Under the pieces are notes generated by a model. It saw nothing but the letters and a program-made list of their open reading frames with translations, did no database searches and was not told the DNA's origin. This document shows positions 56,961 to 64,000 of a DNA stretch of 64,000 bases, piece by piece. The stretch lies in assembly GCA_965203035.1 (NCBI GenBank), contig OZ241858.1, positions 1,600,882 through 1,664,881 on the forward strand, written 5' to 3'. Within the stretch, counting starts at the first letter, position 1; each line of letters opens with the position of its first letter. Source of the stretch: Candidatus Spongiisocius sp. (GTDB taxonomy: Bacteria; Actinomycetota; Acidimicrobiia; Spongiisociales; Spongiisociaceae). A program made the position numbers and the translations under genes.

Positions 56961-58289
56961 ATGAGCGCGGTCAGGATCGTTTCGAAGGCCTGTTTGTCCT
57001 TCATCGTCGTGCTGATCGCGGCCGCGTGCGGGAGCGGGACGCCCGAGCCGGGCGGGACCACGAGTTCTGCCGTCGAAGCAGCGTCCTCCACGTCCGCCCG
57101 GCCCGCCTCCACGGCCGCCACGACCACTTCCGCCCCCGCCGCGACAACCACTGCCGTTACCACCACTTCCGTGCCGCTGGTCTTGACCGTGGAGGTGGTC
57201 CTCACCGACCTGGAGAACCCCCGGGGGATCGGCGTTGATGCGGAGGGTGCTCTGCTGATCGCGGAAGCCGGATACGGCGAGGACGCCGAGCCCCTGATAC
57301 TGCGAACCGGGCGCCTCACCCGCTTCCTGGACGGCAACGGCGACGGCGACTTCGACGATCCCGTGGAAACCGAACGATGGCTGGACAACCTGTTCAGCTT
57401 CAACTCGGTGAACAAGTACGAGACCGGCCGGGACGAGGTGAGCGGAGCAACGGACGTGCTGATACACGAGGACGGTCGCGTGTTCCTGTCGCTGGACGGT
57501 GGCATCGACGAGCGCGGGGGCACGTTCATCCTCTACGAACTGGACGGTGTCGGAACCGTCCTGCGTGAGATACCCCAATACTCGAACATGACCGGGATCG
57601 GGTTCGGTCCTGACCAAAGCAGCGTCTACGCGACGCAGAGCACCCACAACTCCCTGATCGAGATCGACTTGGAGGACGGCGAACGCCGGGAGATAGTTGT
57701 GTTCGACGACCTTTACAGCGGGCAACAGGCTGTCCCGGCCGGTCTGGGAGTGGACCCGACCACAGGCGACGTCTTGGTGGCGTTGTTCTCGGGCGTTGCC
57801 AAGGCAGAGGGACAGGCATGCCGGTTCGTACCCGACGTGATGTGCGACGGCCGGTACCTACCGTTGATTCCCACCGACGCCAAAGTGGTCAGGGTGGATC
57901 CTGGCACCGGAGCCGTTACCGACGAGGTCACCGGGCTGACGGCGGCCTTGGACGTGGCGGTCGACGGGAATGGGAACGTCTTCGTGGTGGAGATGGCCGC
58001 CGACCACGCGCAGCTCTTCCATCCGGGAGTGGACTTGTTCCTGGCCGACCTTCCGGCCCTGCATGGCGGGTATGTGAGGTTCAGCGGCAAGGTCACCATG
58101 CACCCGTCCGGCGGGGGCGAGCCTCGGGTACTGGCCGAAGGGCTCGACCAGCCCACCAACATCACCGTTACCCCCGGGGACGTCCTGTACGTCTCCACCG
58201 GCCAGGGAACTCCGGGCCGGCCCATTCCCGGACCGGAAGGACGAACGGTCATCGTAGGGGAGGTAATCCGGATCACCGGCTACCGGTGA
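56961..58289 (+). CDS. secreted lipoprotein, possible beta-propeller fold
   Basis: Lipobox 'VLIAAAC GSGT', Ser/Thr/Ala linker, then repeated 'DG.G.VFV'-like strands. Confidence 0.4.
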   Translation: MSAVRIVSKACLSFIVVLIAAACGSGTPEPGGTTSSAVEAASSTSARPASTAATTTSAPAATTTAVTTTSVPLVLTVEVVLTDLENPRGIGVDAEGALLIAEAGYGEDAEPLILRTGRLTRFLDGNGDGDFDDPVETERWLDNLFSFNSVNKYETGRDEVSGATDVLIHEDGRVFLSLDGGIDERGGTFILYELDGVGTVLREIPQYSNMTGIGFGPDQSSVYATQSTHNSLIEIDLEDGERREIVVFDDLYSGQQAVPAGLGVDPTTGDVLVALFSGVAKAEGQACRFVPDVMCDGRYLPLIPTDAKVVRVDPGTGAVTDEVTGLTAALDVAVDGNGNVFVVEMAADHAQLFHPGVDLFLADLPALHGGYVRFSGKVTMHPSGGGEPRVLAEGLDQPTNITVTPGDVLYVSTGQGTPGRPIPGPEGRTVIVGEVIRITGYR

Positions 58290-58461
58290 GGTGACGCCTA
58301 AAGACCGGTGTCCGTGGGTCAACCGCTCGCCTACGTGACGGCTTACCACCGTGACAGCTGCAGACAGCCATCTCTGCACATCACGCCTCCGGTAACCCTG
58401 GAGTTTGTTGTCCGATGTGTACCCGCTGGAGAGGTTCCGGCATCATTTGTCAGAGGCGACC

Positions 58462-58740
58462 ATGACCACCACGCGACGTGACAACCGTTGGAGTCTCCGA
58501 GTAGATCCCCGCAGCGATGCCCTCGTGAGCGAAGCAGCGAGGCTTCTCGGAACATCGACGACAGCCTTCGTAGAGGAGAGCGCAGTGTCGCGGGCCGAGT
58601 CTGTGATTGCGGAGCACCGGCCTATCAAGCTCAGTTCCGAGGACTACTCTCGGTTTGTCGATTCGCTTGATGCGGCGCCTGTCGCCATTCCGGAGCTCGT
58701 GGATCTCTTCAACCGCCCGTCTCTTATCCCTGCCCCCTGA
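58462..58740 (+). CDS. DUF1778-family (TacA-like) RHH antitoxin
   Basis: 'RRDNRWSLRVDPRSDALVSEAARLLGTSTTAFV' is typical of DUF1778 antitoxins that pair with GNAT toxins. Confidence 0.6.
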   Translation: MTTTRRDNRWSLRVDPRSDALVSEAARLLGTSTTAFVEESAVSRAESVIAEHRPIKLSSEDYSRFVDSLDAAPVAIPELVDLFNRPSLIPAP

Positions 58741-58849
58741 TCTAGTTGTAACTTACTTTAACACGTGTACTACATGTAATAACACTCTATTGAGTAAAAG
58801 CAGATAATTGAGAGGACTTTTACCGCTATAGCGTAAGGAGTGGCCAAGC

Positions 58850-59400
58850 ATGGCTAACGACTCCCCCACCTTGAGCAAACCGGAACTCAGGCCGGTTCAG
58901 CGGCTGAGCGCTGACGACGACCTCAGCACCTTTGATTGCGGCGTCACTTCACTCAACGAGTGGCTCGCGAGATTCGCACTATCGGATCAGCGAGCCCGCT
59001 CGTCGGCGACATACCTGCTCAAACGCGGCTCACGGGTTATCGGCTTCTATACCCTGGCGCACATGCCATTGGACCAGAGGTAGCCGACACGCGACTCAAG
59101 GCCGGCTTACCGCGCCAACGAGCGGTCCCTGTGTTCCTACTGGCCCGGCTCGCTCTCGACAGGTCCGAGCACGGAACCGGCCTGGGCGCCGACCTCCTGA
59201 AGGACGCCCTAGCCCGCTGCGCCAACGTTGCTAGCGAGGTGGGAGGGCGAGCTGTTGTCGTCGATGCGAAAGACGGCAGCGGAGCCCTCTTCTACCAACG
59301 GTTCGGATTCGCTCCGCTCCCGGGGAACCCCCAGCTGCTCTACCTGCTCATGAAGGATCTGCAGACCTCCATCATTCGTGGAGGGACTGTAAGCGGGTGA
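58850..59400 (+). pseudogene. GNAT-family (TacT-like) toxin gene with a frameshift near 59060-59090
   Basis: The N-terminal 77-aa ORF ('LSTFDCGVTSLNEWL...GFYTLAHMPLDQR*') and the continuing frame ('EVADTRLKAGLPRQRAVPVFLLARLALD...GLGADLL...') together reconstitute a TacT-like acetyltransferase. Confidence 0.55.
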
Positions 59401-59536
59401 GCCGGCGAGTTACAGCCGTTCACCGGCTACCGGTAACACCACGGTTTCCTGTGGACGGCAGCAGGCGGGGCCACTATGTTGTTTGGGAGGTCGCCGACGG
59501 CGCCGCCATGACAGGGAGACCTGAGAGGAGCACCCT

Positions 59537-61408
59537 ATGAGACGAGGTCGAATCCGGAAGCTGTTGGGAGTGATGCTCGCGTTGACCCTGCTTGCCGCGG
59601 CGTGCGGCGGTGGGGACGACACGGCGGCGGAGGATGCGGCCGCGGCGCAGGCGGCGCAGGCGGCAGCGCAGGCAGAAGCCGCAGCAGCGCAGGCAGAAGC
59701 CGCCGCGGCGCAGGCGGAGGCCGATGATGCAGCAGCGGCGCTGGCCACGGCTCAGGCCGATCTGGAAGCCGCCCAGGCGGCAGCGGCCGAGGCCATGGAG
59801 GGTGACGAAGCCGCCCAGGCCGAGCTCGCGGCAGCGCTGGCCGAAGCCGAGGCAGCTCTCGATGAGGCCGAGATGGCCGCCGAAGAGGCTATGAAGGCCG
59901 CCGAGGCCGCCGAGGCCGAGGCAGCCGCAGCGACTACCACGACGGAACCGGCCATGGAAGAACCGGCTGTCATCGAGGTCGTCGTGTCCGAGGACAGCGA
60001 CATCTACAACTTCGATCCGAAGAACTCGGCGGGCGGTGAATTCGATGCGCCCGTCTTCACCACGATTTACGAGGCGCTTGCCTGGACCTCCCCCTCGGGC
60101 GACGTCCTGCCCCGTTTGGCGACGGATTGGACGATATCCGAGGACAAGATGACCTACACGTTCAACCTGCGGGAGGGCGTCAAGTTCCACAACGGGGCCG
60201 ACTTCACTGCGCACGATGTCGTGTACAGCGTCAACCGCGCCGTCAGCCAGGGGATCCCGATGGTGCAGCAGCGGGCCCAGAACCTGGAGAGCGTGACCGC
60301 GGTCGACGACTACACGGTCGTGTACCAGTTGAAGCAGCCGTCCACTGCGTTCCTTCTCAACATCGCGGACACCACCGGTCTGGGCTTCTCGTCCATCCTC
60401 ACCTCCACGGCGCCTGCCCACGGCACCACGCCGGTGGGGACCGGTCCGTTCACGTTCGTGTCGTACATTCCCGGCTCGGAGCTGGTGCTGGACGTGAACC
60501 GCGACTACTGGGATCCGTCGGTCTTGCCCTCGTATGACCGGATCCGGGTGAGGATCATCAAGGAGGACGCCTCTATGGTCGCCGCGCTCCGGTCCAAGGA
60601 AGTGGCGCTGATCCATCCCACCGCAACGGCTACGGCCAGGAGCCTGAGGGACGATTCCGACTTCACGATCGTCGACACGGCGTCCCGCACCTTCTGGATC
60701 CATGCCAGCCGGGTGGGAGCGACCCGTGACGAGGCCGTGGTCAAGGCACTATGGCTCTCCATGGACCGCCAAGCCCTGGCTGACATCGCCTTCCTCGGCG
60801 AGGCATTCCCGTGGTCGACCTCCCATCCATCGGTCGCGTACGGCCTCGGGCCCGACGACCTGCCCAACTACCAGCGGGATGTAGAGGAGGCCAAGCGGAT
60901 CCTGGCGGAGGCCGGCTACGCCGACGGAGTCGAGCTCGTATTCACCTATCCGACCCGTGTCCCTTACGAGGACGTGTTCTTCGAGGTCCTCCAGGCATCC
61001 TGGGCGGAAGCGGGGATAACCGTGAACCTCAATCCGGTGGAGCAGGCGGTGTGGATCCCGAAGCTGATCAACTCGGACTACGACCTGTCCGCCACCGATC
61101 AGGGCTGGTACTCGAACCCCTACCGGTACGTCCTGCCGAGGACCGGCTGGCAGGCGCCCCCGGAGGAGATCCTTCCGGAATTGATCCCCGAACTGGATGC
61201 TCTGGCCGCGGCCTCGCAGGACGAGCGGCCGGAGATCTTCCAGCGGATCCAGAGGCTCGAGGCCGAGAACGTCTATCCGTACACCGGGACGGTCTACGCC
61301 AATGCCTCACACGTCTACCACAACGATCTGCTCTCCAACGCAGATCTGGGTACGTACATCACGGGGGATAAGCGGGTTCTCTACCTCTCCCTGGTACCGG
61401 CCGGATAA
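59537..61408 (+). CDS. ABC transporter substrate-binding lipoprotein, family 5 (peptide/nickel type) with a ~110-aa Ala/Glu-rich linker
   Basis: Lipobox 'LLAAAC GGGDD', low-complexity 'AQAEAAAAQAEAAAAQAEAD...' region, then a DppA/OppA-like fold. The 59474..60703 minus ORF is its antisense artefact. Confidence 0.8.
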   Translation: MRRGRIRKLLGVMLALTLLAAACGGGDDTAAEDAAAAQAAQAAAQAEAAAAQAEAAAAQAEADDAAAALATAQADLEAAQAAAAEAMEGDEAAQAELAAALAEAEAALDEAEMAAEEAMKAAEAAEAEAAAATTTTEPAMEEPAVIEVVVSEDSDIYNFDPKNSAGGEFDAPVFTTIYEALAWTSPSGDVLPRLATDWTISEDKMTYTFNLREGVKFHNGADFTAHDVVYSVNRAVSQGIPMVQQRAQNLESVTAVDDYTVVYQLKQPSTAFLLNIADTTGLGFSSILTSTAPAHGTTPVGTGPFTFVSYIPGSELVLDVNRDYWDPSVLPSYDRIRVRIIKEDASMVAALRSKEVALIHPTATATARSLRDDSDFTIVDTASRTFWIHASRVGATRDEAVVKALWLSMDRQALADIAFLGEAFPWSTSHPSVAYGLGPDDLPNYQRDVEEAKRILAEAGYADGVELVFTYPTRVPYEDVFFEVLQASWAEAGITVNLNPVEQAVWIPKLINSDYDLSATDQGWYSNPYRYVLPRTGWQAPPEEILPELIPELDALAAASQDERPEIFQRIQRLEAENVYPYTGTVYANASHVYHNDLLSNADLGTYITGDKRVLYLSLVPAG

Positions 61409-61476
61409 CGGCACGAAGCAATGGTCGGGTGGGTTACGAGCCCACCCGACCATCACCCCCGCTCTCGTTGTAGTTC

Positions 61477-62520
61477 TTGGAAATGTCAGACGTAGAGCAC
61501 GACCGAACCGTCCTGGCCGTCAGGGATCTGGTCACCGTTTACCCGACCCGTCTCGGAGTGGTTCCCGCCGTCGACCATGTCGGGTTCGAGTTACGAGCCG
61601 GTGAGATTCTGGGCATCGTCGGCGACTCGGGTAGCGGGAAGACCACCCTGGCCCGATCACTACTGGGTCTGGTGGCGGCCCCGGGCAGGATCGAGAGCGG
61701 GGAGATCCTGCTGCACGGCCGGGACCTATTGACGTTCTCCGGCGAGCAGATGAGACAGGTCCGCGGCACTGAGATCGCCATGATCTTCCAGAACCCGATC
61801 CGCTCATTCCATCCGGGCTTCACGATCGGTCGGCAACTGACCGAGGCGGTCACCAGGCATCAGCGTGTATCGCGGCGGTCCGCGTGGGAGAAGGCCGTCG
61901 AGGCGCTGACCTGGGTGGGGATGCCGGAACCGGCGATACGTATGAAGGACCATCCCCACCAGTTCTCCGGGGGAATGCTGCAGCGGGTCATGATCGCGAT
62001 GAGCCTGCTAAACGATCCGGCCGTGCTGGTGGCCGACGAGCCGACCACTGCCCTTGACGTGACCATCCAGGCCCAGATCCTGGAACTGATCCAGAGGTTG
62101 GCCGTCGACCGGGGGCTGGGGGTGATCCTGGTTACGCACAACCTGGGGATGGTGGCCAGCATCTGCGATCGCGTGATAGTCATGTACGCCGGTCAGATCG
62201 TGGAGGAGGCATCGGTGGACGACGTGTTCGCCCGCCCCGCCCATCCCTACACCGTGGGCTTGCTCGATTCGCAGCCGGATCGGGCAACAGGCGCACGACT
62301 GGCAGCCATGGCTGGCGGATCGCCGAGAATGACCGACCTGCCTCCGGGGTGCAGGTTCGAGCCGCGTTGCGCCTACGCCGAGGCTGCGTGCTCGCAACCC
62401 CCCGATCTCTGGGAACTGGAGAACGGCCAGACGGCCAGATGCTGGGTCACCAGGCGCCACGGCAGGTTACCGACGCTCCCGGATGGCAGACCGTCCAGCG
62501 GCGAATTCGGGGTTGGTTAG
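61477..62520 (+). CDS. peptide ABC transporter ATP-binding protein (DppD/OppD-like)
   Basis: Walker A 'GDSGSGKTT', 'FSGGMLQRVMIA', Walker B 'LVADEPTTALD', C-terminal oligopeptide extension. Confidence 0.85.
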   Translation: MEMSDVEHDRTVLAVRDLVTVYPTRLGVVPAVDHVGFELRAGEILGIVGDSGSGKTTLARSLLGLVAAPGRIESGEILLHGRDLLTFSGEQMRQVRGTEIAMIFQNPIRSFHPGFTIGRQLTEAVTRHQRVSRRSAWEKAVEALTWVGMPEPAIRMKDHPHQFSGGMLQRVMIAMSLLNDPAVLVADEPTTALDVTIQAQILELIQRLAVDRGLGVILVTHNLGMVASICDRVIVMYAGQIVEEASVDDVFARPAHPYTVGLLDSQPDRATGARLAAMAGGSPRMTDLPPGCRFEPRCAYAEAACSQPPDLWELENGQTARCWVTRRHGRLPTLPDGRPSSGEFGVG

Positions 62521-62528
62521 GCAGCAGA

Positions 62529-63542
62529 ATGGCTCTACTAAGACTCGAGGGAGTCTCGGTTCATTTCCGGCTCCGCAGGCGGGGTCGCCGCGGCGGGGTC
62601 GTGCGCGCCGTCGACGGCGTGGACCTGACCATCAATGAGGGCGAAGTGCTGGGCATCGTCGGCGAGTCGGGTTGCGGGAAGACCACCCTGGGTCGAGTGA
62701 TAGTGGGATTGCAGCGACCCACGTCGGGTGACGTGATAGTGGGGGGTGAGAAACGGTCGCTCCGGCAGCGTCCTGGCGCCAACGCCCGCGCCGACGGGTT
62801 CCAGATGGTCTACCAGGACGCTGCGGGGTCTCTCAACCCCTGGAAACGGATCGGTTGGAGCATCGCCGAGCCGCTCCGAAACGAGGGAATGCGGAAACCC
62901 GAGACACGCGAGCGGGTTCTGGAACTGCTCGAACAGGTGGGGCTCCCCGACTCCCTGATCGACCAGTACCCGGGCGAACTCTCGGGCGGGCAGCAGCAGA
63001 GGGCTGCCATCGCCCGGGCCCTGGCGGGCCGGCCCCGGCTGATCGTGCTCGACGAGGCGGTCAGCTCTCTCGACATGTCCACCCAGGCACAGGTTCTCAA
63101 CCTGCTCAAGGACCTTGCGGAGCGTCACCCGGTGAACTACGTGTTCATCTCCCACGACATCGCCGCGGTCGACTTCATGAGCGACCGGGTGGCGGTCATG
63201 TACTTGGGCAAGATCGTCGAACTCGAGGACGCTCACGACCGAAAGAGCCCTCTCATCCATCCCTACTCCATCACCCTGCGATCGGCGGTGCCCGTGCCCG
63301 ATCCGGTGGTGGAGCGCCGCCGTAACCGCATAGTCCTGACCGGACCGGTCGCCAGCGCAACCGACCTTCCGTCCGGCTGCCGGTTCCACACGCGGTGTCC
63401 GATCGCCCAACCACTCTGCGCCGATGCGGAGCCTGAGTTGGTCAGCACATCGGCGACCAGCCGGGTCGCCTGCCACTTCGCCGGAGAGTTCGACGACCGA
63501 TACGCTGCGGCCCGCGCCGGGACCACGGGCGGCTTGGGATGA
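62529..63542 (+). CDS. peptide ABC transporter ATP-binding protein (DppF/OppF-like)
   Basis: Start 'MALLRLEGVSV'. Walker A 'GESGCGKTT', 'LSGGQQQR', 'LDEAVSSLD'. Confidence 0.85.
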   Translation: MALLRLEGVSVHFRLRRRGRRGGVVRAVDGVDLTINEGEVLGIVGESGCGKTTLGRVIVGLQRPTSGDVIVGGEKRSLRQRPGANARADGFQMVYQDAAGSLNPWKRIGWSIAEPLRNEGMRKPETRERVLELLEQVGLPDSLIDQYPGELSGGQQQRAAIARALAGRPRLIVLDEAVSSLDMSTQAQVLNLLKDLAERHPVNYVFISHDIAAVDFMSDRVAVMYLGKIVELEDAHDRKSPLIHPYSITLRSAVPVPDPVVERRRNRIVLTGPVASATDLPSGCRFHTRCPIAQPLCADAEPELVSTSATSRVACHFAGEFDDRYAAARAGTTGGLG

Positions 63543-64000
63543 TCCTCTTCACCGCCCGCAGGTTCGCCGAGGCGGTTGCCGTGCTGTTCGTGCTGACTTT
63601 CCTGATCTACGTGATCGGAACGATCGTGCCCGGCGACATCGCCCAGCAGATGGCTGGTATCGAGGGCGCCACCCCCGAGCGGATGGCCGAGATGCGGGCC
63701 CGTCTCGGACTGGACCGCCCGCTGATGGTGAGGTACGGGGAGTGGCTGGGCAATGCGGTGCGGGGTGACTTCGGCCATTCGTTGTTCACCGAACGCAACA
63801 TCGCCGCTGATGTCCGGCAGCAGTTTCCGGTCTCGTTGCAGGTGGCCTTCGCCAGCGTCCTGCTCGCCGTGGTCATCGGTATCCCACTCGGCGTGTATGC
63901 GGCTGTGCACACCGGCACCATCGTGGACCGGATCCTGCGCGGTATCTCTCTGGTGTTCTTCTCCATACCGACCTTCGTGTCAGGGGTCCTGTTCGTATGG
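63539..64000 (+). CDS. peptide ABC transporter permease (DppB/OppB-like), 3'-truncated by the window edge
   Basis: ATG at ~63539 overlapping the upstream stop. Translation 'MILFTARRFAEAVAVLFVLTFLIYVIGTIVPGD...' is a typical N-terminus of the family. Not in the ORF track because no stop falls in the window. Confidence 0.7.
   Translation, partial: MILFTARRFAEAVAVLFVLTFLIYVIGTIVPGDIAQQMAGIEGATPERMAEMRARLGLDRPLMVRYGEWLGNAVRGDFGHSLFTERNIAADVRQQFPVSLQVAFASVLLAVVIGIPLGVYAAVHTGTIVDRILRGISLVFFSIPTFVSGVLFVW

Noticed and set aside
56904-57725. N-terminal extension of minus ORF 56025..57725
   Set aside because: Gly/Arg-rich and antisense to the 56961..58289 lipoprotein gene. The isomerase starts at 'MELAICAD' with a GGGAGGG SD.
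59474-60703. 409-aa minus-strand ORF
   Set aside because: Fully antisense to the well-supported family-5 substrate-binding protein gene. Low-complexity, artefactual translation.
1-64000. CRISPR arrays, rRNA or tRNA genes
   Set aside because: No short direct-repeat/spacer periodicity and no tRNA-like or rRNA-like conserved blocks seen on either strand.

Overview
This is a high-GC (roughly 65-70%) chromosomal segment of actinobacterial type, densely coded on both strands. No rRNA, tRNA or CRISPR array was found.

The first ~21 kb is a class 1 DISARM defence locus on the minus strand: drmD (SNF2 helicase), drmMI (N6-adenine methyltransferase), drmA (DExH helicase), drmB (DUF1998) and drmC (PLD nuclease). 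It is atypical because drmMI and drmA are separated by a ~6.6 kb accessory insert. Read in plus-strand coordinates, the insert contains:
- a tightly coupled plus-strand 3-gene operon: two paralogous, very acidic ~65-aa proteins plus a 231-aa protein;
- a degraded 5' copy of drmA;
- a low-GC two-gene module, a TIR-like (DUF1863/ThsB-like) protein plus a small 3-TM membrane protein;
- a degraded 3' copy of drmMI;
- a ~577-aa gene split by an ISL3 element with a clean 8-bp target-site duplication. Its C-terminal fragment carries an Rx4H HEPN-like motif.

The TIR-plus-membrane pair sits exactly in the drmMI-drmA junction of the remnant DISARM copy. It is the best candidate for an undescribed defence module, together with the acidic-protein operon and the IS-inactivated HEPN-like gene.

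The rest of the window contains:
- a ROK-regulated sugar or amino-sugar/peptide catabolic cluster (M20 peptidase, ABC transporter, racemase-like protein, nagB);
- two diverged copies of a ~110-140 nt structured interspersed repeat (21.46 kb and 31.05 kb) with compensatory stem changes;
- an IS1380 element with inverted repeats;
- gcvPA/gcvPB-like genes with a 2Fe-2S/FAD oxidoreductase and a DapA-family gene;
- an orphan RHH antitoxin-like gene;
- a minus-strand operon with four phosphotriesterase-family paralogs, two TPP enzymes and a class-III aminotransferase;
- a TacA/TacT-like toxin-antitoxin pair whose GNAT toxin is frameshifted;
- a family-5 peptide ABC transporter whose substrate-binding protein carries a ~110-aa Ala/Glu-rich linker.

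Many long overlapping ORFs in the track are GC-driven antisense artefacts and are not called. Self-derived coordinates may be off by 1-2 nt.
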